DNA from: Tubiluchus corallicola
Lineage: Eukaryota > Animalia > Priapulida
DNA length: 64,000 nt
NCBI GenBank assembly: GCA_030141605.1
Contig: JAQGDQ010000858.1
Coordinates: forward strand, 23,151-87,150
Reading direction: 5' to 3'
Shown: positions 1 through 10,267 of the stretch, one piece after another
How the letters are laid out: the number at the start of each line of letters is the position of its first letter
How positions within the stretch are numbered: the first letter of the stretch is position 1
The notes under the pieces: model-generated
What the model saw: the letters and a program-made list of their open reading frames with translations, nothing else
What the model was told of the DNA's origin: nothing
Database searches by the model: none
Made by a program: the position numbers and the translations under genes

Positions 1-556
1 AAGGGCTGAGAATTAACTCATCATAAATCTTTATTCCATGAATGTAGACATTCTCAGATGACTTGGGATACTTTTCATAAATAAAACTCCATGAAGACAA
101 GGCAGACTTGTAATCTTTTTGCTTATAGAACTGGTCATATATAGAGTAGTTACTCATATAATCCCTTTCCTTGTCTTTGATAAGTTGCGCTTGGTTTCTG
201 GTATCAACTTTTGAGCCTTTATCATCAGCAATAACATTATCCGCTTTACCTCCAAGATAGTAATTAATCACGTCATCCGTATTATGCTCTATATCAAGCC
301 TCTCTGCAATGTCAGGAAAAGCAAAAGTAATATATTTAGACTTGTTGCCAACTTCAACCTCATACACCCCATCAAAACTTGTAAAATAGCTACTTTTCGA
401 TTTATGCACAGTAACCTCTACTCCGGCAGCAGGTTTTCCATCACGAAATACAGTACCTGTAACCTTTCTTTGAGCTAATGCTGTCTGTATCCCCAATGTT
501 AGTATAGCAAGGCATACAATGAATGCTCGAAGAACAATTGCTTTTGTGTTGTTCAT
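1..556 (-). CDS. Secreted TPR-type protein, partial (runs off window edge), with N-terminal carboxypeptidase-regulatory-like beta domain
   Basis: Not in the ORF track; hand translation from ATG at 556 gives MNNTKAIVLRAFIVCLAILTLGIQTALAQRKVTGTVFRDGKPAAGVEVTV...YSIYDQFYKQKDYKSALSSWSFIYEKYPKSSENVYIHGIKIY, open to base 1. Signal peptide; position matches the Bacteroidota coaX-OMP-TPR cluster. Confidence 0.75.
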   Translation of the reverse strand, partial: MNNTKAIVLRAFIVCLAILTLGIQTALAQRKVTGTVFRDGKPAAGVEVTVHKSKSSYFTSFDGVYEVEVGNKSKYITFAFPDIAERLDIEHNTDDVINYYLGGKADNVIADDKGSKVDTRNQAQLIKDKERDYMSNYSIYDQFYKQKDYKSALSSWSFIYEKYPKSSENVYIHGIKIYDELILSP

Positions 557-576
557 ATCAAATTATTATTTAAAAA

Positions 577-1857
577 TTAATCTATTTTGCGTTTATGAAA
601 CCATCTGTCGTACAAAAGAACCTGGAGCGTAAATTTCGTATACGACTCCCGTATCAATCCATTTTCAAACGATCCAAATCTTCCCAGTTCGGTAGAAAAA
701 TTTACAGTGGAAACGGAACGGCTCAAAGGGAACCCTATACCAAATGTTAAGCCCTGACTATTTATCTGTGTCCCATTTAAAACTAAATATGAATTTTCAT
801 AGAAAAGCCCTGCTCGGTAAGCAATTCGGCTCCAATAGTTTCTTATTGAATACATATTGGGAATAAACTCTGCCCCCGCCGAATAACGATTTCGATTGGT
901 CAAATACTCAGAAGACTCCCCTGTATATGTAGCCTTTGACCACTCCTGATAATAGTAGTCGACCCCCAGGGTCAGTTTATTATTCATCACATATGATGCT
1001 CCCACTCCTAACGACATAGGAAAAACTGTTTTCTCACTGCTGCTCTCTATATACAACAAAGTATCTACAACCTGCCCCGCCTGCCCATTAAACAACACCC
1101 TTTGCTTAAGCCTGGAACCCACAGACGAATACCCTTTTTTTGGCTCCCATACTGCCCCCAAAACTATTGTATTGTTTCTTTTATCTACATGCCTATATTG
1201 CGCCCCCAGAGAAAAACCAAAATCTGTAACCTTCAGCCTGCTTTCACTAAAATAATCATACATCTGCTCAGATGAAGGAAAAACAAGAGTCGAACTGTTT
1301 ACAATACTGCCAAACATTAACCAAGCATTAACTCCCACACTTAAATAATCTGTAATATCAAACGAGTTGCCCCAAAATGCCCTTGCCAGTGTACCGCTTC
1401 CAATATACCCGGTAAAATACTCAGTATCACCTACCTCCTGAACCTCACCAATTGCATACCCCTTATTTGAGTATGGAAGCACACCAAAAGCAGAAGCCCA
1501 CCTCTTTGTCACAGGAAAAGAAAGGGCCAGATAGTTAAAATTTCCACTACTACTAGCATGCTTACCTGCATCGGACTCATAAATCACATGCTTCGATGAC
1601 AGCCCAAACTCTACAATAAAAGACATACTGTCAATCGCCGTATAAGATGCCGGATTGGCAGAATTTATCTGATACTTATAACGCATACCTATACCTGCTC
1701 CCCCCATTGCTTCCGAGCGCCCAAAGCCATAACCGCTTAATGAACCGAAACCGTACCTCGAATAAGGTGAATTGATGCTATTATTATTTTGAGTACTACC
1801 CGAAAAAGATATGCATATCAATGCAGCCATAACGAGGTAGGTTTTACTATTTAACAT
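577..1857 (-). CDS. Outer-membrane beta-barrel protein (FadL-like Bacteroidota family)
   Basis: Signal peptide, N-terminal SPYSRYGFG...AMGG...NPASY motif, alternating beta-strand pattern, C-terminal DRWF.KRKID; next to coaX. Confidence 0.75.
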   Translation of the reverse strand: MLNSKTYLVMAALICISFSGSTQNNNSINSPYSRYGFGSLSGYGFGRSEAMGGAGIGMRYKYQINSANPASYTAIDSMSFIVEFGLSSKHVIYESDAGKHASSSGNFNYLALSFPVTKRWASAFGVLPYSNKGYAIGEVQEVGDTEYFTGYIGSGTLARAFWGNSFDITDYLSVGVNAWLMFGSIVNSSTLVFPSSEQMYDYFSESRLKVTDFGFSLGAQYRHVDKRNNTIVLGAVWEPKKGYSSVGSRLKQRVLFNGQAGQVVDTLLYIESSSEKTVFPMSLGVGASYVMNNKLTLGVDYYYQEWSKATYTGESSEYLTNRNRYSAGAEFIPNMYSIRNYWSRIAYRAGLFYENSYLVLNGTQINSQGLTFGIGFPLSRSVSTVNFSTELGRFGSFENGLIRESYTKFTLQVLLYDRWFHKRKID

Positions 1858-2581
1858 TATACTCCAATATTCTATTTAGGCCAAAAAAAGCAGCATCAGT
1901 TTCTACAAATATGATATTTTTTAGCTTTTTATCAAAGAATGTAGCATCGCCACCGGTAATTACAACCTTTAACTTTGGCCATTCCAGCCGCATATTATTA
2001 ATCATAGAATCAACTTCAAAAATGATGCCATTGAGGACTCCCGCTAATATAGCCTCTTCCGTTGTGGTACCAAGTCTTTTCCACTTACTCATTTTCTTAA
2101 CATAAGGTAACTGACTGGTAAATGTATTCAATGCTTTAAAACGAAGCTCTATGCCGGGAGAAATATTTCCACCCCAAAATCGCTCATCCTTATCTATAAT
2201 ATCAAAGGTAATTGCTGTACCCGCATCAATAACCAAAAGATTACAACCAGGGAACAACAAGCTCGCACCAGACACCACAGCAAGCCTGTCCACCCCTATA
2301 GTCTGCTTTGAACCATACATATTATCTATTGGTAAAGGCGTATTGTACCCCAGCTCAATAAACTTGGGAATTCTATTACCTAGCACCTTACACAGCTCAC
2401 TCGATTTTTTACCATTTGACACAGATGACAATATAGCAGCATCAGGAACAGAAAAATCTCTGTACAACTTATCCAGCTCGTTACTATCAAAAATATCGAA
2501 CGTAAAAGACCTGATGACTTTGCCATCCTCAAAAATCGCAACCTTTGTCTTGCTGTTTCCTATATCTATAACCAAATTCAT
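1847..2581 (-). CDS. coaX: Type III pantothenate kinase
   Basis: DIGNS, GVDR, DAGTAITFD, GGNISPG and TGGDA motifs. Confidence 0.95.
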   Translation of the reverse strand: MNLVIDIGNSKTKVAIFEDGKVIRSFTFDIFDSNELDKLYRDFSVPDAAILSSVSNGKKSSELCKVLGNRIPKFIELGYNTPLPIDNMYGSKQTIGVDRLAVVSGASLLFPGCNLLVIDAGTAITFDIIDKDERFWGGNISPGIELRFKALNTFTSQLPYVKKMSKWKRLGTTTEEAILAGVLNGIIFEVDSMINNMRLEWPKLKVVITGGDATFFDKKLKNIIFVETDAAFFGLNRILEYNVK

Positions 2582-2593
2582 ATTAAATATAGA

Positions 2594-3439
2594 CTACGCA
2601 TCTTTTATACTCATACTGATGTCCAAAGCATCTGCCGAGTGAGTCAAAGCTCCAACAGATATATAATCAACTCCTACAGATGCTACCTCTCTCACCCTCC
2701 CGATATCCATATTACCAGAAGCTTCAATTTTCGCCTTCCCATCTACAACCTGAACACCCCTTCTCATAGTATCAACATCCATATTATCAAACATAATAAT
2801 ATCTGCCCCCGCTTCAATTGCCTCCTTTACCTCATAAATATTCGTTGTCTCCACTTCGACCTTTATTTTATCAGACACCTTCCCCCTTATGCTTAAAACA
2901 GCCAAAGCTATGCCTCCTGCAACCTTTATATGATTATCTTTGACCATAGCCATATCATAAAGCCCAACTCTGTGATTTGTCCCCCCCCCCATTCTAACAG
3001 CATACTTGTCCAGAGACCTAAAGCCGGGGATTGTTTTTCTAGTATCAAGAATCTCCGCTTTGAAACCCCTAATAGCCTCAACATATTTTGATGTCTCGGT
3101 TGCAATACCACTCATCCTCTGCAAAAAATTTAAAACGAGCCTCTCCCCACTTAACAAAGCACGAAAAGGCCCCTCTATTTTAGCCAGAACCTCACCTCTC
3201 TTCACCGGTTGCCCATCACATGCAAACTGCTCCCATATAGTATTGGGGCTAAGCTTTTGAAAAACTCTCTCTGCAATTGGAAGTCCAGCCACTATCCCAT
3301 CAGCTTTAGCAGCTATGACTGCAGTAGTTAGCAAACTCTCAGAAACAATACTATCAGTAGTAACATCCCCGGTGCCAATATCCTCATTAAGCGCAATATC
3401 TATTAACTTGTCTATTGCTTCAAAATTCAAACTACTCAT
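2594..3439 (-). CDS. nadC: Nicotinate-nucleotide pyrophosphorylase (quinolinate phosphoribosyltransferase)
   Basis: EDIGTGDVTT, DTRKT.PG, HR.GL.D, KDNHI, EASG, ISVGALTHS. Probable start ATG 3439 overlaps the nadB stop (ORF track starts at 3463). Confidence 0.95.
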   Translation of the reverse strand: MSSLNFEAIDKLIDIALNEDIGTGDVTTDSIVSESLLTTAVIAAKADGIVAGLPIAERVFQKLSPNTIWEQFACDGQPVKRGEVLAKIEGPFRALLSGERLVLNFLQRMSGIATETSKYVEAIRGFKAEILDTRKTIPGFRSLDKYAVRMGGGTNHRVGLYDMAMVKDNHIKVAGGIALAVLSIRGKVSDKIKVEVETTNIYEVKEAIEAGADIIMFDNMDVDTMRRGVQVVDGKAKIEASGNMDIGRVREVASVGVDYISVGALTHSADALDISMSIKDA

Positions 3440-5015
3440 CCTCTGCTTTTCTAACGGATTCATAATCTATCTTTTCCCCTTTCTGTTGTATTATATGCCT
3501 CTCCTGACTCTTAGACTCTACAAGAAAGTCATCTCTCACATTTGCTCCCCTACTCTCCTTCCTAGCAAGAGACGATACGGTAATAAGCCTGCAGGCATTT
3601 GCCATACCGCTGACTACCATGCGGTTATAATCATTCTTATGTGGCAAATAGTTTTTTGCAACCTCCTCAATATCCCTTACAGCCTCCCTTAGGTGCTTTT
3701 CATCTCTAATAATACCCACCTTTTCACTCATTATGTTCGCAAGATAGCTTTTTACAGACAAAAACTCCGAATCAGACTGGCTGCTCCCGGTAACTTCATC
3801 AACATCTACCCGGCATCTGGGTTTATGCTTCAGCCTACATGCCTTATCAATAACTCTTTTCCCATAGACAAGACATTCAAGTAAAGAATTGCTTGCCAAC
3901 CTATTGGCTCCCATCACTCCGGTAGAAGCAACTTCACCACAAGCAAACAATCCATTCATACTAGTCTCCCCCCAAAGATCTGTTCTCACCCCACCCATCA
4001 TGTAGTGCGCCGCAGGAACTACAGGAATAAGATCTGTAGTCATATTAATGCCAAGACTCTTTAACTTTGTGTCTATTGACCTAAATCTCAAGCGCATACT
4101 ATCAACATTCAGATGCCTCAAGCTTAAATATACAGAACTGCCTGTCTCCTTAACTTTTCTAAATACAGCAGAAGCCACAACATCACGAGGAGCCAACTCC
4201 GCCAGAGGGTGGCACTCCTTCATAAATCGCACACTATTTTTATCAAGAAGATAAGCCCCCTCCCCACGAACAGCTTCACTGATCAGGAAAGGCTCTTCTT
4301 TGGGTATATTTAGTACTGAAGGATGAAACTGTATAAACTCCATATCTGCAACCTTGGCACCTGCCTGCCATGCAAGAGCCACCCCATCGCCTGTGGCTGT
4401 ACAAGGATTTGTTGAGCAAGAGTAAAGTCGGGCAATCCCACCCGTAGCCAACACAGTCGCCTTTGCCCTAAACAGAAAGTTCTCCTCACTTTTAAGATTA
4501 ATCGCGTGAACACCCGTACAATAACCTTCTGCCTCCAGAATTTTTATTGCTACGGTGTGCTCAAATGAAGTTATATTTTCGCAGCTTAAAACTTTTTGCA
4601 ACATGAAGTTTGTCATCACTTTACCGGTAGCATCACCATCAACATGCAGTACTCTTCTCCTGGAATGTCCTCCCTCCAGTCCCAATAAAAACTTCCCTTC
4701 AGCATCACAATCAAACTTCATCCCCATATTCATCAATTCAAATATTCGCTCCCTCCCCTCTGCAACCAGTATTTCAACAGCATCATAATCACACAAACCC
4801 CGACCTGCTGTCAACGTATCGTTTAGATGGCTTGTAAGAGAATCTCCCGGCCCAACAGCAGCTGCAACACCTCCCTGTGCCTGATAAGAGCTTCCAACAC
4901 CCAATTCCGACTTGGAAAGTAACGCAACGGTTCCATGGCTTGCAGCATGAAAAGCCGCCACTAGACCTGCAAGACCACTTCCAATTATTATAAAATCAAA
5001 ATCCCGAAGATTCAT
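3432..5015 (-). CDS. nadB: L-aspartate oxidase
   Basis: GSGLAG FAD motif, AQGG, EGGHSRRR, QFHP, SEAVRGEG, AHY.MGG, GANRLASNSLLE, RKESRG. Confidence 0.93.
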   Translation of the reverse strand: MNLRDFDFIIIGSGLAGLVAAFHAASHGTVALLSKSELGVGSSYQAQGGVAAAVGPGDSLTSHLNDTLTAGRGLCDYDAVEILVAEGRERIFELMNMGMKFDCDAEGKFLLGLEGGHSRRRVLHVDGDATGKVMTNFMLQKVLSCENITSFEHTVAIKILEAEGYCTGVHAINLKSEENFLFRAKATVLATGGIARLYSCSTNPCTATGDGVALAWQAGAKVADMEFIQFHPSVLNIPKEEPFLISEAVRGEGAYLLDKNSVRFMKECHPLAELAPRDVVASAVFRKVKETGSSVYLSLRHLNVDSMRLRFRSIDTKLKSLGINMTTDLIPVVPAAHYMMGGVRTDLWGETSMNGLFACGEVASTGVMGANRLASNSLLECLVYGKRVIDKACRLKHKPRCRVDVDEVTGSSQSDSEFLSVKSYLANIMSEKVGIIRDEKHLREAVRDIEEVAKNYLPHKNDYNRMVVSGMANACRLITVSSLARKESRGANVRDDFLVESKSQERHIIQQKGEKIDYESVRKAEDE

Positions 5016-5049
5016 CAAAGCAAATAGGGTTACAAAAAATAATAAGCGA

Positions 5050-5057
5050 CAAAATTA
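5050..5057 (-). promoter_or_regulatory. Bacteroidota -7 promoter element (TAATTTTG) for the nadB operon
   Basis: TAnnTTTG match ~35 nt upstream of the nadB start. Confidence 0.55.
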
Positions 5058-5470
5058 ATATTTTGCCATATGTAACCTTGCTTAAAAATACTATAATTCA
5101 TCCTGCTCCTCTTTTTTAATGATATTCCACCCCATATCTGGCAATCCGGCGATCTTCCGTTTTTACTCCTATCTACTCCGCCCGGCTGCTTAAAGAGAAA
5201 AGGGTTAACATGGCATTAAAAACTGCTTTTAACCCTCAAAAGCCCCCAAACCTTATCTTTATCTCCCTTTTCTCACCCAACTTCTCCACTCAAAACCTTG
5301 TACAATCATTTTAAAGTTGTAACTATTACACTTTTAAACCAAAAACGACACACAATGGTAAATATAAAAAAGTCAGTTGGGGATTCGCTCCTATCGAATC
5401 GCAATAAAAACTGACAAACTATAGCCTCCAAATTTACCACCAAGCCGGCTATCTCTGTACATTGATATTC

Positions 5471-5484
5471 TTTGCAAAGGTCTC
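5471..5484 (+). repeat. Isolated right end (TTTGCAAAGGTCTC) of the dispersed hairpin element family
   Basis: Matches the terminus of the 29070-29206 copy; interior not recognisable. Confidence 0.5.
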
Positions 5485-5772
5485 ATTTCTTAACTGAACA
5501 TACCATGCAGATTATAAAAGCTCTGTTTTTCGAATAGCCGAATAGCGAGAAAGTATACGCTACTACAAAAACTATCCCAACACCTCTGTTTTAATTGAAA
5601 ATATTTTGAGCAGAACAGACAATTACTACTTTTGTAGTTTGATTTCTATTATAGAATATTACAACACATTTCTTAATGTTTCTAAGGGCTTGTTTTGATA
5701 GTATCGGCATACCATATATAATTGCTAAACTATTAAAACCAATCTATTATTAACAAGCTCAAATAAGACAGA

Positions 5773-6912
5773 TTGATTATGAATGGGAGAAAAATATTTG
5801 TTATTGTCGGGCTAATTTTAATGCTTGGAGGGGCATTTATGGCTATGAATATATTGGCAGGAATGAAAAAAGAATTGCCAAAAAAACCGGAAATAGAAGC
5901 AAAGCGATATGTTAAAACACAATCGGTTGAATACACAAATCTAATATCAACTGTTACTTCAACAGGGCGGGTCCTGGCAACAAACGAAGTTTTACTTGTT
6001 GCGGAAGCATCGGGCAGGATAGAGCCGGGCAATGTAGTATTAAAGAAGGGTGCTTCCTTTAAAAAGGGAGATATGGTATTGACAATTTATAAAAATGAAG
6101 CAGAAATGCTTTTAAAATCACGTAAAAGCCAATTCCTTAACATATTTGCAAATATGTTACCCGATATAAGGGTTGACTACCCAGAACACTATGATAGTTT
6201 CATAAGTTTTTTCAGGGCAATTGACCTTAACAAAGACTTGCCTCCACTTACCCAAGATGTCGTTTCAGCCGATGAAAAACTGCGTATTTTTCTTGCAGGC
6301 AGAAATGTGCTATCAGAGTACTATTCGATAAGAAAAGACGAAATGGCACTTAAAAGATACTCCCTTTACGCCCCATTTAACGGAACATTCACACAAGTCA
6401 ATTTTGAAGTTGGGGCCTATGTAAATACGGGAACACAGCTTGCAAAAATGATCAGCACTGATAACCTTGAAGTTGAAGCACTAGTAGAAAATGACCAAAG
6501 CGAGTGGATTAAAATAGGCTCAAAAGCGTCTATTATCTCAGGAGGCAGAGGGAAAGAGTGGACAGGGAAAGTTGTAAGAAAATCCGGATTTGTCGACTTT
6601 AACACACAATCGCGCAGCATCTTTGTTAATATAGATCAGAAAGGACGCGACAAGGTTATAGTTGGAGAATATTTGCTGGTAAGGTTTGACGGACAAAAAA
6701 TTAAAGAGGCGATAGAGATACCGAGAAATGTAATATTCAATAGCAATGAAGTGTTTGTAGTTATTGACGGAAGATTAGAAAAATCTACTGTTAATATAAT
6801 AAAAATTAATGAGAGAACAGCTATAGTAAATGGGCTTGAACCAGGGAGCGAACTGGTAGTAGAGCCACTGATAAATGTGAAAGAAAAAACAGTTGTTGAG
6901 ACGATAAGATAA
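5773..6912 (+). CDS. RND efflux periplasmic adaptor (membrane fusion protein)
   Basis: N-terminal anchor, EASGRI...GASFKKGD lipoyl-like motif, APFNG, IPRN; first gene of an MFP-RND-TolC trio. Start may be ATG 5779. Confidence 0.9.
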   Translation: MIMNGRKIFVIVGLILMLGGAFMAMNILAGMKKELPKKPEIEAKRYVKTQSVEYTNLISTVTSTGRVLATNEVLLVAEASGRIEPGNVVLKKGASFKKGDMVLTIYKNEAEMLLKSRKSQFLNIFANMLPDIRVDYPEHYDSFISFFRAIDLNKDLPPLTQDVVSADEKLRIFLAGRNVLSEYYSIRKDEMALKRYSLYAPFNGTFTQVNFEVGAYVNTGTQLAKMISTDNLEVEALVENDQSEWIKIGSKASIISGGRGKEWTGKVVRKSGFVDFNTQSRSIFVNIDQKGRDKVIVGEYLLVRFDGQKIKEAIEIPRNVIFNSNEVFVVIDGRLEKSTVNIIKINERTAIVNGLEPGSELVVEPLINVKEKTVVETIR

Positions 6913-6950
6913 CTCTTGGGATAAATCACCATTAAAACTCTTTAAAAACA

Positions 6951-9900
6951 ATGAGAAAACTGGTATCACAGTTTGTTAAATATCCCTTCTATGCAAACCT
7001 TATTATTGCAGTGCTCCTGCTCGCTGGCGGGGTGAGCTTGTTCACAATAAAAAAATCATTCTTTCCTGAAAGAAGCTCACGATTCATTTTTGTTTCAGTA
7101 TTTTATCCCGGAGCTTCCCCTACAGAGATGGAAGAAGGGATAACATCGCGCATTGAAGAAGCTACCCGTAGCATTGTAGGCATTAAAGAGATAACCTCCA
7201 CATCATCAGAAGATGTCTCCTCTGTAAGAATAGAAATAACAGGAGAATATGACATTAACGAAACGCTAATGGATGTAAAAAATGCTGTAGATGGGATCCC
7301 CTCTTTTCCATCTGCCGCAGAAAAACCTATTGTATACAAGCAGCGGACTACCTCAACAGCGCTGTTTTTGTCACTTACGGGAGATGTAAGCCTGATGACC
7401 CTGAAAGAGTATGGGCAGCGTGTGGAAGAAGACCTCCTTACATCAGGAATTGTTAGCCAGGTGAGACTAAGCGGGTTCCCTTCTCCCGAAATATCTGTTG
7501 AAGTACATGAAGAGGACCTGTTACGTTACGGAATAACATTTAGTGAAGTATCGCAGGCTATCTCTGCAAATAATAGTGATATATCGGGAGGGCAAATCCG
7601 CTCTGATGAAGAAGAAATCTTAATACGCCTACGCTCAAGAACTACAGATCCTGACAAAATAGGTGATATTATTTTGAGAGGAAGTCCGGAAGGAGGATAT
7701 GTGCGCATCAGAGATGTTGCAGAAATAAAAAAGAAATTTTCCGATGTACCACAAAGAACATACAAGAAAGGAAAGCCTCTTATCGCTCTCACAATAAGTA
7801 AGCTCATCTCTGAAGACTTAGAAGGAATAACCAAGCTCTGTAAAAAATACACAGAAGAATTTAACGCTAACGACCACGGAGTTACCCTCGAGGTGGAATT
7901 TTCATATCTCGAAATACTGAAAAGCAGGCTGGATCTTTTGTTGAGCAATGGCTCTGTAGGATTGATACTGGTAGTTATCTCATTGGCAATGTTATTAAAC
8001 TTCAGGTTGTCATTGTGGGTAGCATGGGGTATTCCTTCCTCTTTCTTGGCAATGTTTATTGTAGCAAACCAAATGGGACTAACGATAAATATGCTATCGT
8101 TGTTTGGGATGATCCTTGTAATTGGAGTGCTTGTTGATGACGGGGTTGTAATAGGCGAAAACATATATCAGCATTTTGAAATGGGGAAAAGCCCTAAAAG
8201 GGCTGCTGTTGATGGAACAATGGAGGTTGCACCGGCAGTAATTACATCTATCTCCACAACAATTGTTGCTTTTCTTCCTCTGCTATTTTTAACAGGAAGT
8301 ATGGAGCGAATGAGAGAAATGGCATATGTCGTTATTCTAACCCTGTTTTTCTCTCTGATTGAAGCATTTTTTGTTTTGCCAGCCCACCTTGCCAGCCATG
8401 CTGTACTCAATCCGCGAATCCTTGAAAAAGACAGAACAGGGGTGAAAAAATATATAGAAAGAGCTATTGAATGGCTGCGGGATAGAGTGTATTACAAAAC
8501 ATTAAAACTAATCCTCTGTTACCGGTACTTTGTCATCGGCATCCCTCTTGCCATGTTTTTGATAACAACTGGCTTTATGCAGTCTGGAAAAATAAAAACA
8601 ACTTTTTTCCCCGCTATGGAGTTCGACAGTTTTAACCTGAATATTGCATTTGTCCCGGGATCAGGAGAAAAACGAACTACAGAATTTCTTAAAGAGTTTG
8701 AAAGAAAAGTATGGGAGGTCAACGAGGAGATGTTAAAAGAATACCCTAGCGCTTTTGATAATATCAAACCATCACTCTGGGATAAAATAACAGGTCGCGA
8801 AATAGATACATCGAGAACAATCATTAATGATATATTTCTCAATGTGGGAACAGCATTTGACGGACTGGAAAAAGGCTCTCATGCTGGCAGCCTCTCCATA
8901 TACCCTCGCAACCTGGAAGGAACAGGGATTAGCTCATTTGAAATAGTTAACAGGGTCAGGGAAAAAATTGGAGAAGTGCCGGAAGCTAAAAAATTTACTG
9001 TTGCCGGAAGGGTCATGTTCGGTATGCCTGTATCTATATCTCTACTTGGTAGAAATATAGAAGAGTTGGAAAATGCGCGGGACTTTATGTTTGAAAAGCT
9101 GGGGGAGATGCCGCAACTAAAAGATATTGTTGACAACAATGCGCTTGGGAAACAGGAAGTTCGCCTGGAGCTAAAACCCAAAGCCTACATGCTGGGGCTC
9201 AATAAATCAATGATTGTCAATCAAGTAAGACAAGGATTTTATGGAGAGCAGGCACAAAGGCTACAAGAGGGGCGTGATGAATTAAGGGTGTGGGTACGTT
9301 ATCCTAGCGAAGGACGTGAACAGATAGGACAACTGGAGCGAATGAAAATAAAAACTCCCGCAGGAGAATTTCCGCTTATTGAGTTAGCCAGATACAGCTT
9401 GGAGCGTGGCCCAGTTGCAATACAGAGATACAACGGCATGAGGGAAATACGTGTAGAAGCAGATATCGTGGACAGAGATGAGTCTGTCCCCGAGCTTATC
9501 GCTCAGATAGAGAAACAAATTATACCCGAGTTAAAAGTAAAATATCCGGGGGTAAGCTTAGAGAGCCAAGGACAACAAAAAGAGAGCAAAGAGTCTGGAA
9601 AAATTATATCAAACTACTACTCAATCGCCTTCTTCATAATTATAATGATATTGATGATACACTTCAAATCATTTGAACAGCCTCTACTGGTGCTGTGTAT
9701 GATACCACTATCTGTATTGGGAGCCGTCTGGGGGCATGGAGTTCACGGGAAGGTGGTGTCAATGCTTTCCCTTTATGGCATAATAGCTCTTTCTGGAGTG
9801 ATTATAAACGATGCCGTGGTGTTTCTGTCAAGATATAATGACCTGATAGTACGCAAAGTAAAAGTCAAGGACGCAATAATCGCAGCTGGAAAGTCTAGAC

Positions 9901-10262
9901 TGCGCCCTATACTTCTGACCACTATTACCACTTCCATAGGTCTGTTTCCCCTGATCCTTGAAAAAAGCTTTCAGGCACAGTTTCTCATTCCTATGGCTAT
10001 CTCACTTGTATACGGTGTTGCATTTGGAACACTGTTTATACTTATCTTTTTCCCCGCCACTATCTTAATACTCAACGATATAAGAGTTTGCAGAAAACAA
10101 CTGGCAAGGGCTATAAAAATGTACTGGAGGGGGGAGAATCCTGATTGGGCACAACCTGAAAGAGAAGAGGTAGAGATCGCTATGATACATAGTAAGCGTA
10201 AAATTGAGGATGTAAAAGAACCAGAAGTGAATATGATGGTTAGCGATCTTGATTTAACATAG
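6951..10262 (+). CDS. RND efflux permease (AcrB/AcrD/AcrF family)
   Basis: 1103 aa; YPGASP.EMEEGI, G.LVDD..V..ENI and R.RPILLTT motifs; two transmembrane blocks. Confidence 0.93.
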   Translation: MRKLVSQFVKYPFYANLIIAVLLLAGGVSLFTIKKSFFPERSSRFIFVSVFYPGASPTEMEEGITSRIEEATRSIVGIKEITSTSSEDVSSVRIEITGEYDINETLMDVKNAVDGIPSFPSAAEKPIVYKQRTTSTALFLSLTGDVSLMTLKEYGQRVEEDLLTSGIVSQVRLSGFPSPEISVEVHEEDLLRYGITFSEVSQAISANNSDISGGQIRSDEEEILIRLRSRTTDPDKIGDIILRGSPEGGYVRIRDVAEIKKKFSDVPQRTYKKGKPLIALTISKLISEDLEGITKLCKKYTEEFNANDHGVTLEVEFSYLEILKSRLDLLLSNGSVGLILVVISLAMLLNFRLSLWVAWGIPSSFLAMFIVANQMGLTINMLSLFGMILVIGVLVDDGVVIGENIYQHFEMGKSPKRAAVDGTMEVAPAVITSISTTIVAFLPLLFLTGSMERMREMAYVVILTLFFSLIEAFFVLPAHLASHAVLNPRILEKDRTGVKKYIERAIEWLRDRVYYKTLKLILCYRYFVIGIPLAMFLITTGFMQSGKIKTTFFPAMEFDSFNLNIAFVPGSGEKRTTEFLKEFERKVWEVNEEMLKEYPSAFDNIKPSLWDKITGREIDTSRTIINDIFLNVGTAFDGLEKGSHAGSLSIYPRNLEGTGISSFEIVNRVREKIGEVPEAKKFTVAGRVMFGMPVSISLLGRNIEELENARDFMFEKLGEMPQLKDIVDNNALGKQEVRLELKPKAYMLGLNKSMIVNQVRQGFYGEQAQRLQEGRDELRVWVRYPSEGREQIGQLERMKIKTPAGEFPLIELARYSLERGPVAIQRYNGMREIRVEADIVDRDESVPELIAQIEKQIIPELKVKYPGVSLESQGQQKESKESGKIISNYYSIAFFIIIMILMIHFKSFEQPLLVLCMIPLSVLGAVWGHGVHGKVVSMLSLYGIIALSGVIINDAVVFLSRYNDLIVRKVKVKDAIIAAGKSRLRPILLTTITTSIGLFPLILEKSFQAQFLIPMAISLVYGVAFGTLFILIFFPATILILNDIRVCRKQLARAIKMYWRGENPDWAQPEREEVEIAMIHSKRKIEDVKEPEVNMMVSDLDLT

Positions 10263-10267
10263 ACAAA

